Under the pieces are notes generated by a model. The model did no database searches. It saw only the letters and a program-made list of their open reading frames with translations, and was not told where the DNA came from. Position numbers and translations under genes: made by a program. DNA of 63,641 nt, counting the filler, from Choristocarpus tenellus KU-1152 (Eukaryota > Protista > Phaeophyceae): assembly GCA_964200185.2 (NCBI GenBank). It is 12 parts of 12 records of this genome, joined end to end, with 100 filler letters (N's around TTAATTAATTAA, not from the genome) between each part and the next. Parts side by side here need not be neighbours in the genome. Positions count along the whole stretch, not along the records: positions 20,591 to 26,001 come from CAXNAD020010872.1; positions 26,102 to 33,148 come from CAXNAD020006789.1; positions 33,249 to 37,312 come from CAXNAD020016407.1; 9 more parts are not named here. One strand, 5' to 3'. Numbering within the stretch: the first letter of the stretch is position 1; each line of letters begins with the position of its first letter. Shown piece after piece: positions 23,917-36,138 of the stretch.

Positions 23917-24920
23917 GATAACCAAACTCACCTTGTTGATTTTTTGCTGATCTGAAAGGACTGACTTAATCCACTGCTGGATCTTTTTCACCATCTAGTG
24001 CTTGCACAGATCCCACAATGAGCCAAGGAAGACCTCAGCTTTGTTCATCCATTTGTGGGAGGTAGTGCTGTGTACCAATGGGACATCCCAAACGTTGAGG
24101 ATACTTGTATAGCAGCCACATCATCCCTTGCAGCATGGCAAGGTCCATGCGAATGCATTCACCCTGTCCGATCTGGCTGTCATACTTCTTCAAATGACAG
24201 ATACAGTGATTCAGAAAATTCCCAACTCCTCCATGATGGCTGCCGCCGTCCCCCAAAGCATCTGAGTGTTGTGCTCTCTTGCATCCAGGCATAATGCCAC
24301 CATGCTGTTCTTCGTTGGGGTTTGATTTGTGACCCCAGACAGACTTTTGGGCTGAAGAATTGGGACCAACAGGCAACAACAGGATGAGCAAGCCACTCAA
24401 ACGACAGGGGGCTTTCATCCTAGGCATCCCAATAAACACCCACTTCGACAGTTTCACGAGGTTTTTGAACCCCATGAAATGTGTCTTGGTTAGGGTTAAC
24501 ACTGGTGATCCTCCACAGTCACGACAGCCCACCATCTCAAACTTTGCACACCTCCCAATCTATAATGAGAACTAAACCTCATCCAGAGGGTTTATCATGT
24601 GGATGAGTCGAAGTATCTTAGAGGGTAGAACTGCATCCGTTTGGGGGGCAAAATCCAACGTTGCGATTTTGATGTAATTTTGGCTATCGTGTTTGTAAGG
24701 AAGTGTCAATATCCATGTTCTGGACACACCTTTTTATAACATAACACATTTTACCTACTCCAAAACGTTTCGGATTAGGTAAAATGTGAAAAAAAAAACT
24801 CGTGGGAAGCCAAGCCCCAAACAGACAAATAGGCAAAACTTGTACCCTCTAAGATACTTTCACTCAGTCGTTCCCAGGCAGTATTGGAGCTTGGAAAAGT
24901 GATGCTACATTTAATTTCGA
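23917..24920 (-). mobile_element. Relic of a plant-type mariner transposase N-terminal region, interrupted by MITE-A
   Basis: GGACTGACTTAATCCAC and GCACAGATCCCACAA are shared with 63370-63450; paralogous to 5594-6250. Confidence 0.65.
24605..24865 (+). mobile_element. MITE family A copy
   Basis: Full TIRs; near-identical to 21958-22218. Confidence 0.92.
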
Positions 24921-26101
24921 ACGGAGGAAGTATGTATCCGTGGATGTTACTGGATTGAACCTTCTAGGTCATGTTCATTGATGCTTGAGTCCGTAAACAA
25001 TTAAAATAATGAAGTGTTTTGTCCTCATGTAGGATTATTACTTTTAATCTCTATACAGTTTGCCATCTTCTCTATGCATCTCTTACTCTACATCCTCCTT
25101 AATCTCTAACACTTGAGTAATGTCATCCATCCTCAGTTGCGTGGGGGGCATTGGGGTTTTTCTCTCTCAGCTAGCTCGCTTCATATTCCTCGGCTGTATT
25201 CAGGTTCAACTGCTTCATTCGAGTACAATGGGCAATTTCACTCTAGACTGGCAACTTGGTTTTTGCCCTCTCTTTCCCCCCTCCCACACATTTTGGTCCG
25301 TTACCCACATTCTTTCCAAGCTTCCTCTTCCCCGGGATGCATCTTGCCGCTAAGCCCTCAGGACTCAAATTGTGGTACCCATGTGCGGAATCACTTTTAT
25401 CTTATGTACGGCTCTGAACTGCATGAAACTAAGAACGTAGGACACAGTACACAGTTCCCAGCTATCACGTGGAAGATTTTGTCCCTTAATTAAACGGTAT
25501 GAGGTATTCCTGACCTGATTGGTCAATCTCCACACTGGCCTCTCAACTTCTACGTGTCACCATGCAGCCGCAAGGACTATCCTGAAGACGAAACCTATAC
25601 CTGATACAATGTAAGGGTTCTTATCTTTCCAATGCACTACTCAGCATTTATGAATTGTCAGGATGAGGTTGCGCTTCACCATGATCCACCATATCACAAG
25701 GTCCACACTCTCATGAGATCCTACCCACTCAGAAGTCTCATGTTTGTCCAACCTTGACTTCGTCCTCTTGGTTACGGTTTGTCTTGTTACGTCTGGTCTG
25801 TTTGAGCGGTGATTGTCTTCACCACCCTTACCTAAGCAAACCCTGCTGCTAGAAAATCACACAGTTCACATTGGCGACACTAGTGTCAAATATAGGGTGA
25901 GAGGGTTTCAACTTCAACGTCCATGCCAGCATGTTGTGTTAAGAATATGCTTTTTTATTCATGTGTAAAAGAAGATTCTGTAGAAGAAACAATTTAAGAA
26001 TNNNNNNNNNNNNNNNNNNNNNNNNNNNNNNNNNNNNNNNNNNNNTTAATTAATTAANNNNNNNNNNNNNNNNNNNNNNNNNNNNNNNNNNNNNNNNNNN
26101 N

Positions 26102-26170
26102 CAAAAATCGCGACATGAAAAAATTGATCCCAAATGGACAGCCGCCACCCCCCCCTAGATACTTTGAGCC
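26102..26170 (-). mobile_element. MITE family B, truncated by linker
   Basis: ...CAAATGGACAGCCGCCACCCCCCCCTAGATACTTTGAGCC. Confidence 0.85.
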
Positions 26171-29100
26171 AGTTACCCCACAAGGAATAGCTATCACAAG
26201 CTCGTATTGAACCTAAAGTTCAGGAATGCATCCCCCTCAGATTGTGACCTTTCTAAAATTCTAAGAACTTTGTCAGGAAGTATATCCCTCACCTAGCAAC
26301 AGCAACAGAACTGTTAGATGAATTGAGTTGCCCACGCAAAATGTAAGTAGAAAAAAAGAGCATACCACATCAAAGAAAATAAGAAGTAATTAAAGTGATT
26401 TTCATCCAGATGGAATCGACCATGACAAATTGCTTTTCACAAGTATAAATAATTCCTTTGAAAAATCAGGAAAGAGTATGTAGGTGCCAGCAATGTTGGT
26501 AGAAGGGCGTTTTGGCGTCAAAAAAAGACAAACGGTAATTTTGATATAATTACGCACCATCATACCATACTTTCCCCCTCAAAGATGAAATATTCGACCA
26601 CACAAAAAGAGTGCCTTGCAGTTATTCTGGCAATTCAATCCTGGAAACCATACATTTGGGGGAAATACTTCACAGTCACTAGTGACTATTCAGCCTTGCA
26701 GTGGCTGTATACCATACAAGACACGTCCAATATGTTAACTTGATGAACCCTAGATCCGCAAAGTCTTGATTTTCTATCCTTCGTAAGACTGGCAGAATGC
26801 ATCACATCCAAGATATGTCACGTCCTCAACCGGGAGAATTCGGTAAACATGAATCTGAACCAACTCCTCTGATCTCTATATGTCGAAATGTGTGAACAGA
26901 AACCACTAGTGCAACTTCTCAAGCAAGTAAAGTATACCCAACCTATGAATCGCCTGTGGATCGATCAGGTGAAATCACTAGGGTGGCAAATGACTCTGAG
27001 CTCTTTGTTAGCTCCATTAATGTTTTCCCAGTAATTGATACTGAAGTTCTAGCCAACCCAACATGATCATTTTGAAGCATACTTGAAATACTGGCAGACT
27101 CCAGTAACTCAACGTTACCCATTAAGGAAACGGCCTACTCCACCATGTCATATTTATTCACGTAAGAGAGAGTAAACTCCCACTCTACCAATCTTACCAA
27201 CCCAATCATCTTCGTAAAAATGAAAAATGTTGTGATTGATTAGTGGCCCCAAGGAAGTCCGGGGTTTAATCTTACATGCCCTACATGACCGTAAAGTTGC
27301 AGGCCATCTGGCTTTCAATCGCGCGTTTGACCGTGTAAGAGGCAGAGTTTTGGTGACCAACTTTACATAGACATGTCGGGAAGTGGTATGAAACTTGCCA
27401 GTCATGTCAGAGCGAAAGACCACCCATACTCCTACTTCACCACCTACAGGACATAAGCCTGTTACACGCCTGTTTCAACGGCTCGCTATTGATCTAGTTA
27501 AATATAAGACCACATTAGACGACACAAAATGTGTGATATCCACCGTAGATCATCTTACAATATTCACAATATTGTTGGCATTGCAAGTACGCAAGAAAAA
27601 ATCTCAACTAAATCTCTTGTCGACCGTCTTTTTTTTCCCGTTTTTTGGTCCTCCTGAAACACTCCACTTTGACTAAGGCAAAGAATTTGACAACTCCTGG
27701 CTGAGTTGCATAAAGTGTATGGTTATCACAAAACCAAGACCACAGAGTATCGACCCCAAGGTAATAGCACGTGTGAAAGAACGGTGCATGATATACTGGC
27801 CATGTATTTGAAACATATGAACAAATCTGACTGGGCCTCATTATTGCCCTTTGTACAACTAGCACACAATACAGCCTATAATATCAATGTTTAGGAAATT
27901 CATTTTTGTCCTATTTGGAATGCTTCCAATTTTATCAATTGATCATATTTTGAGGACCCCTGAGGCCTCCCCATAACCGTACAAATTGTTACAGTATGAG
28001 AACAGTGGAAATTCACACAACCGTACAAAATTCACGGCTAGGATATGGACTTGCTCGGAAAATATTGGTGAGGCTCAAAGTATCTGGGGGGGGGGGGGGG
28101 TGACTGTCCATTCGGGGTCAATTTTTTCATGTCGAGATTTTTGGGTAATTTTGTTGCATACGTCGGATGGATAATTTATGTACCCTTTTCCTGGTTATGC
28201 CCCAACTGGACACCCTGATGTAGACCCCCTTCCTCCCCCCAGATAGTTTGGGTCTGAGATGGCTCTTAAGAATGAATCTAATAATGTGGACTATAAGCTC
28301 CCACTATACGAGCTAGGGGATCAAGTGTGAGTTTACGTATCACATACTTCAGCTGGTGCACCAAACCCCAAGTTATTGTCCCCATGGAGAGGACCTTATG
28401 AAGTGAAGGTACAATTGACACCCGTTGTATTGCGTAAGACACTTGGAAGACCAACTAGAAGCGACAGTTCATGTGGATAGATTCAGACCCTTAAGGAAGG
28501 AGCAGCCACTGAACCTGACATAGATGCCCTTAATTCAGTCTTTTTAGGTCGGGTACTACCTTAACCAGATCTTGATCCAGGGTCAAATACACAGTGAACT
28601 ATTGGTTCTTACAATGTAGAGGACATTGTTGACCATAAGCAAGGTGTGGGAAGAAAGACCACTTGCATTTATTTTTACTTGGCCTCAAGGATATTCACCA
28701 GCCAGTGACATATAGCACAAACCTGCTGAAATATCCAAATGTTCAGAGATGATCGCAGCCTATAGGGAAGAGAACAAGTTAGACCCCCCCATTGTAAGAG
28801 CCATTGACCAAGCGACGTGTCATAAAAGAACGACTCCTCCCCTTATAACAGCTGAAGAACTTGAACTGCTGCCAAACGGATGTCCACCTATAAGCAACAC
28901 AGCACAGCCCCCTCTGATACTTGTAATATCCCTCCTCGTGGACCGGAATGTACAATGAATTCCTCCATACTAGTGGGTTGCCGGCCTGGCCAGTTGCCAC
29001 CAGATTCCACAGATAGAGAAGATATATCCTTTTCAATACTAAGATGGTGGAATGACTCCGACAAATTCTTGAAGACTATACCATGGCTTAGTATGGTAAT

Positions 29101-29691
29101 TTGAAGTAATTATTAGACGACTCGGGGCTTGTGGGGTGGAAAGATAGCTCTCTTATCTATAGACTCAGACGCATGTTGGTCCTTTCTCCCTAAGTTGATT
29201 CAATGAGTTGTTGCTTTTTCTCCCAAAGAGGGATCTGTCCGACATGAAGTGCTGGCCAGTCAATTTTTGTGCTCGTATCGGATGGAATCCACACTGGGCG
29301 GGGGGTAATGTCAGTGACAGATATCCTTTAGAGATGCCCCGACAATGGTGAGGAAAATGCATTAAGTCATGTACATTTGCGCGCACCACATTTTGCCATT
29401 GAGGCCAGCCCAAGTGATGTGGTATGGGTCAGACACAAGACCAGTTCGCGATAACCCCGATGGATTCAAACAAGGAAGCCCGAGATCGAATTTCTGTTCT
29501 GACTGGTCGCAACCAATCACAGTGGAGATTAATCCACATGCCACCCCAAGCCTGTCAATATATGTCCAGCATGCCTCAGTCTCATCTCTCACTTCCCTTC
29601 TGAGCCTCATCTCTGATGGTTCTCATCACCTCCCATCACATAGAACCAGGGCCCACAACATACAGAATGATAACAGAACCAAACACTGACC
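26171..29691 (+). mobile_element. Decayed Ty3/gypsy LTR retrotransposon with chromodomain (pol 3' half, PPT, 3' LTR)
   Basis: RNase H STTQKECLAVILAIQSWKPYIWGKYFTVTSDYSALQWL (~26595); integrase HD..AGH, FQRLAIDLV, VDHLT, FGPPETLHFD, EYRPQGNSTCER, DWASLLPFVQLAHNTA; PKLLSPWRGPYEV (~28370); chromodomain YNVEDIVDHK (~28609); G-rich PPT 29296-29308, then TGTCAGTG...CACTGAC (29309-29691). Confidence 0.88.
28072..28254 (+). mobile_element. MITE family B copy in gypsy integrase
   Basis: 3-bp TSD TGA. Confidence 0.92.
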
Positions 29692-29717
29692 GTACATAAC
29701 TGCAATAGTATTACCTA

Positions 29718-29935
29718 AAGATTTGTACACAATTTTTTCTTCTATCAAAGTTTAATCACATCTGTATACAGTTATTAATTCCTAATAAATGTCAAGATAA
29801 GATTTGTACACAATTGTTCCTTCCTACTAAATCACAAGGTAAGATTGTACGCAAGTGCACTTTTCTACTAAATCACAGACTATGATTTGTACCCCAGTGT
29901 TCTTTCCTATTGTATAACAATGTAAGGATTGTATA
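29718..29935. repeat. Degenerate ~41-bp tandem repeat (about 5 units)
   Basis: AAGATTTGTACACAA...TTCCTACTAAATCACA recurring. Confidence 0.65.
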
Positions 29936-32900
29936 TCAAGACGAGGTACAGACATATTGTTCATACAAAATTATCTTCTCTTGATAGATAGAGACAAATA
30001 ATTTACACATATTGATAAAATGGTGAGTGACATCTAATAATCATGTGTACATACTAACCACCAAATTTACATCAACAAATCGGACTTGTGTATCATTTCT
30101 AAACATTGAGTTACACTCAATACATGATTTGTGGTACAACATTTCTGAGTAGAAAGGATTTCCACATATTCACCGCTCCTTCATTCTTCACATACCAATA
30201 TTTTTCATATATGTTACTACTGATTTGTAAAGCACAAATAAGTAAAATAATGATTTGTTCAATGTGTGCAAGTGTTACAAAATTTGAAGTAGGCCAATGT
30301 TTCAATTTGTATATGTTCCCTCCCCTAACATTCAAAAAACAAAAAATGACATGACTCATTTGCATGACAGCTACATCAACATCCAAGTTTAAATGTAAAA
30401 GAGTGAAACACGATGCTGGGAATTGCCAATACTGAAAATAATGAGCAACCAATAAACGTTCACCTAATGAGCATTAATCCTTTGAAATTCTGAGCACTGC
30501 ATATGTTGCATTTTTTTTTACATATAACTCACATCCATATGATGACGGTTTAGGCATGCAGGTGTGAGCATTAGGTGACTTAATTGACAACAGAATGACA
30601 CAAATAATAGTTACTACAATATTGCTTGCACACACAGGCAGTTCTTTATATTAAACTTGAGACAATTGGTGAATTAGTTGCCAGTTGAACTCGTGTTTGA
30701 TATCTGTTACACTTGCACCATCAAGACAACAATATACTCTTCATATATGGTGAGCAACACTGACATGAGGTCTTGCGGTCTCATTCGACCCAAAGCAAAT
30801 CAACGCAACCAGCCATGCATAATACATTTACTACACCAAGCATGTCTTACATTCACGCTGAAGAGTAGTAGAGATCCAAGATGTGACGGCATGAACACCT
30901 CGCCTCCACTCTTTAGAGTCTGATTCACGTGGAGTTTTTCCACTCACTCAGGTTTTGGGGTACCAAACAAGCGGAGCTTGTGTCAATCATAGTGTCCCAC
31001 TCCAACCTGGCATATCTGTCCAGAAAAAGAGGTGAGTACAGGGCATGTCTAAGTCACGAAGTCAAACTCCACCTCGGAATTCAGCATATTGTTGATGGTT
31101 TTTTGTGTTCTCTAGACACTCTACCCAGGGCCCTGTTCTTGGAGCTACTGACACAGAGTCATCTTTGTTGCTACTTGTAAGGGTGTGGTTGAAAGTCTGA
31201 GAATTTCGTACCACAGTGACATGATCTCACCACATCCTCCACAACCTACATCTTCCAACCAAATTCCTTAATGATGTCTTTAAGTAAGTGATTTGGATTG
31301 GCAGCTTCCTAACCATTACCAGATCTGTAATGAGTATGTGAGATACGACTAATTACCGAAGCAGGCAACATAGTTTTATTTATGGTCCTGACGTGCAAGA
31401 CCCATGTGCACTCATATAACAGAGGAGGTGCCTGGCGGGGGGGTGGGGAATATGCAAGTGGGTTTCATTCCTGTGCTGTACGTAGTAGTAGGATTGATAT
31501 ATATATAAAGGGGCTCCATGCAGGGAATATCTACACACCGTGCCCCTCCCCCCCCTCTGGTCTCATAAGGAGGCACCGGCATCGTGCCACAGAGTGCACT
31601 GTATTGCCACGAACCACAACACCATAATCTTGCTCATATGTGGATACTTGGGTAGATGGTATCACCTTATGATCGAGACAAACTCGATTGGTGGAATTGG
31701 GTGGAAAGGATTCCCAGTGTCCTGCATGTAGTCGAAAACGGGGTGTGACAGTGATCTTCTGCATGCAACAATATCTATATCTTGTCCATAGCATACCCCA
31801 CCTCCCCCCGTCAAGCAGCTGGAAAGGACTTGGAGGCATGATGTCAACATATTCCCTGCGTTTATCCTCTTGCGTATATTGATATCTAGTAATATACTTA
31901 TACAATATTCTTTCAGATCTTTCTACTTGGATCACTTTCTAACCATGCATTGGTTCGCCTCTCAACAATGATGTGTATGTGTCGAAAATAGGAGTATATT
32001 TCGTTAGAATCACACAGACTAGACAAAGAATTCTGGAATAAATTTTATTGTTTCATAACTTGGAATCATTTACACTCACATAAAGCACCTTAGCGTTTTT
32101 ATATTCTACACATGACAGGCAGTGTCCACGCAACAGGTGATATAGAAGAGCAAATGATGACAAGCACTTTCCTGAACAACAAACAATACAGACCGGATGG
32201 ACTCAAGCATTTGCTGAACAACAGAGGGTTATAGAGGAACTGACTGCGAGTGCTGTCCTGGTCGACAGTGGTAATACAACATATGACTGCAACTGTTGTT
32301 CATTCCTTTCACACTTTTTGTTTTTTCAATGTTCTTGATTTTTTTTATGTTGATACAATTGTTTGTTTCCACTCTTTGTCTTTTCCCTTTTCGTCCTTTT
32401 CCTATTCTTCCCTTTTGCTTTTTCCCTGTCTTGTATTTTTTTCCTTCAATTATCTTTCATACTTGTTTTTTCCTTTATGCACCTTCAATTTTTTCTCTGC
32501 TCATTTTTCTTTTTCCTTTTTTGACATTTTTTTTTATCCCTCCCCTCTATAACGCACATTATTGTCTTTCAAAGATGTAGAAATGAATTTCTCATTTTAT
32601 TAAACCCAAACGAAAAATGCAACTGACTGCAAACGAGCTGGGCACATCGATTCGACTTTCTGCATTTCTATGGTCATCACAAAATCCGACAAGATCAACA
32701 AAAACTACTGTGCTCCAATGCTATTGCTCAAGCATCTCGAGTAGTCCACAAATAGCTAACTCGAGACCATACCAATATAGGTATCAATAACCCTCCCTTC
32801 TTGCGTATGATTCGTCGCATGGAGTGAGGGGTGAGTAAGGTAGATTGAAAATGAAGGTTGGTATCGCCACTTTGTCCGAGGTGACTCCAGAAACACAACG

Positions 32901-32964
32901 AATATAGTATTAGGCACAAAAGGGAATGAGGTTTCCAGATAGATGTGGTTCTTCAACCACCTTA

Positions 32965-33325
32965 GAGTGAAACTATCTTAGAGGGTACGATTTTTTCCCT
33001 GTTTGTTATTTGTGGGGCTTGGCTTCCCATGAGTTTTTTTATGACATTTTCCGCTGCAAAATGTTTCGGAGTGGGTAAAATCTATATATTTGTGGGGCTT
33101 GGCTTCCCATGTTTTTTTAATGACATTTTCCGACTCCAAAATGTTTCGNNNNNNNNNNNNNNNNNNNNNNNNNNNNNNNNNNNNNNNNNNNNTTAATTAA
33201 TTAANNNNNNNNNNNNNNNNNNNNNNNNNNNNNNNNNNNNNNNNNNNNATAAAAAATCCTGAGGGAAGCCAAGCCCCAAATGGACAATCAGGGGAAAAGT
33301 CGTACCCTCTAAGATACTTTCACTC
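32965..33325. mobile_element. Two truncated MITE-A copies in opposite orientation either side of a linker (32965-33148; 33249-33325)
   Basis: Both pieces carry the same GAGTGAAA/TTTCACTC end, so they are different copies. Confidence 0.85.
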
Positions 33326-33988
33326 CTATACTACACCACTCCCCTCCTGTACCTCCAGCCTAGCTTAGCCATACACCACAGGGCGAGAAGGTAGGAAAAC
33401 ATCCCTAGAATCTAACAGACTCCTTCTTGCCCATCTCCCTAGTGTCTCCAGCTTAAAACTCATGACACGTCTTGATAGAGTCACTTGTGTTGTGACAGAC
33501 ACTATCTGTCGTGAACGGGCTTTGATGGCTCCTTTCCTGCTGTAGCCTCCCGTCCCTCTCCCCCCTATCACATGTGTAGCCAACCCATCCAGAAAACTTA
33601 CTCCTTGCTTATCAAGGCGTCCAAACCTTTCCACCACGAAGGTGTTGAGAGGTTATAACTACGCGGGTCAAAAGAACCCTCGCAGTGGGTGTGCGTTTGT
33701 GCCTCAGCTGCAACAGCAACTACACCGTTGCTAGTGGATGAGTGGGGCAGATGTTATGCTGCTTTCACGCAACATCCAGGAGGAGGCCTTTGTCCCGGTA
33801 GGGAGCTGATCCAGCATCCGCAATTACCCCAGCATGGAAAATCTTATCCATGCGGAAACTCCGGTCCACTGTGAATGGGCTACCGTCCTCCATCATGCAA
33901 GGGATGCCCATTCCTTTGCAGAGTGGACTTCGACGCTTCCCCATCTGTGTGTGTTGGCGGACCTATCTCCCTGCCCTAGGACAGGTAC

Positions 33989-34463
33989 TGTTACAGCACG
34001 CTCCAGAAGCTTACCTCCACAGGATGTATAGCTCCAATCTACAGGCCTAAAGATGACGCTGATACACCGTATAGGACTCCTGATGACCTAAAGTATCTGG
34101 GGGGGGGAAGGGATCTACACCAGGGTGTCCATTTGACAAAAATCAGGAAAAGTACATGTACATTATTATCCATCCGACGTATGCAACCAAATCGCACAAA
34201 AAACGCGACATGAAAAATTGACCCCAAATGGACAGCCGCTACCCCCTCCCAGATACTTTGAGCCGATGCACAACTCATCAAATATGCTCGATCTCTCACT
34301 TGGATTATTCCTTCATAAATATGGTCAATATCATCGTATAAAAATGAACTGGCATCAATGTACCATGTGCGGGTATGATAATAACGAAATAAATACCAAA
34401 TCTAGGACTTCAACGTCATAATGGCGTTTGTGAAACCGCCGTCACGACATATCGCTTGTAACA
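33989..34463. mobile_element. Short TGTTACA...TGTAACA element (solo LTR or Ginger-type non-autonomous element) nested in the LINE
   Basis: Perfect 7-bp terminal inverted repeat; 4-bp TSD GTAC; empty site in the LINE copy at ~58170. Confidence 0.75.
34085..34264 (-). mobile_element. MITE family B copy
   Basis: 3-bp TSD GAT. Confidence 0.92.
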
Positions 34464-34994
34464 GTACGTGCATATCTAGCGTCAACATTATGCCTCCTAC
34501 ACCCAGCCACTTGGTATCTGTCGGATAAGGCCTCCTCCCTCCCTAGGGATCTGCTGGCGGTGAATCTAAAGTTTATAGGAGGGATCTGGCGAGCTGGTTC
34601 CAGGAGTTGTGTGGAGGCCCATGCATTTGCCCCTTGCCCAAACTGGCTCTGGTGGTGGGCCAGGCTGGTGAAGAACTTTACCTCCCTTATTCTGCATCCT
34701 CTGGTAGGTTGGCCGATTGCGTCCGGAAAGAGTTGAACCGGATCCTGTCTAGGAGGCGGGTGATTTCGTGTCGTGTACCCTTGTGATCCCGGCATAGTGG
34801 ACTGCTAGAGTGTGGACCTCTCTGGGGCAGGTGTAGGGGTTATTGCTCCCCCTCAGGCTACCCACCCTTAGCCAACAATTCTCGCCAAGTCTAATGAAGG
34901 GACTCCAGTGGAGAGGAGGGTGTGGATGAATGATCCCAGAACCCCAACCGTGGGGCGCCCACACAGATGACTTGTGAGAAAGAATTTCCATGAG

Positions 34995-35246
34995 GAGTGC
35001 TTTGAGGGTACGAGTTTTGCCCTGTTTGTCCATTTGGGGCTTGGCTTCCCACGGGTATTTGATGACATTATACCTACCCCGAAACATTTCAGAGTAGGTA
35101 AAATATATACGTCATGAAAAGGTATGTCCGGAATAAGGATATTGACACTTCCTAACAACCACAATAGCCAAAATTACACCAAAATCGCAACATCGGACTT
35201 TGGCCTCCAAAAGGACGGGGCTCTACCCCCTAAGACACTTTGACTC
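34995..35246 (-). mobile_element. MITE family A copy in the LINE
   Basis: 4-bp TSD TGAG, supported by the empty site CCATGAGG at ~58700. Confidence 0.9.
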
Positions 35247-35957
35247 TGAGGCCCTTGTTGCCTTACTAAAAGGATGGGGAGAGTAGCCACCAGTGACTCT
35301 ACAAGGCTGCATGCTGGTGATGCTTCATAGAGGATAGACCCAACTCCTCCGAACCTATGGGCATCTATGCATGTACTTGTTGGTATATTTCCAGGCAACG
35401 AGACCCATTTTCACACACCCCTTTAAAGAAGTCAATGGCTCCGGCTGAGTCTGCTACCTCCATTATGTTCTCTAGCGTCCCATTGAGGTGTTGTCTACTT
35501 GTTCCATGGTGGAGCGCAGGTGAGGAGGAGTGACCCTTACCAAATAGCCTAAGCGGGAAGAGAGGGACCAGGAGTTGAGGAGGCAGGCAACTTGTTTGTC
35601 CTCCATCTCACTGAGGTGTGTGGCCAGCATTCGTGAAGCTGAGCTCTCGATCACCTCAGTCATACGGGTTTGGACGAATTCATCTGTCCCCACTGGAGCC
35701 CGAAGTGTAACAAAATCATTTGGATCCGGAGCCAGGTTGATTCCCGCTGTTGCCAGAAGTTCTAGTTCTGAAGGTGTGGGCTGGTGGCCCTGGGGAGGTC
35801 CAGCAAAGGTATTGCCATGTTGAGGGTGATGCCTACCTCGTGCAGATCAATTTTCAGCTGCTCAGAGAAGCAGCTATTGCTATGCAGATTATCTCCCTTG
35901 CAGAAATGGATGCGTCATCCAGATAACTTCGAGAGGAGATCCCCCAGGATCCAAAGA

Positions 35958-36138
35958 GGCTCAAAGTATCTGGGAGGGGGTGGCGGCTGTCCATTTGGGG
36001 TCTGTTTTTCCATATCACGATTTTTGGGTGATTTGGCTGCCATACGTCGGATGGATAATGCAAATGCACTTTTCCCGATTTTGGTCCGAATGGACACCCT
36101 TGTGTAGACCACCCCCACCCCCCCAGATTCTTTGGGTC
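35958..36138 (+). mobile_element. MITE family B copy
   Basis: 3-bp TSD AGA. Confidence 0.92.

Noticed and set aside
25861-25885. ACA-TTGGCGACAC resembling an LTR end plus PBS for the gypsy element
   Set aside because: On a different contig, and the upstream sequence does not visibly match the 29309 LTR
32250-32580. Phe-rich membrane-like ORFs
   Set aside because: Translation of a low-complexity T/C tract
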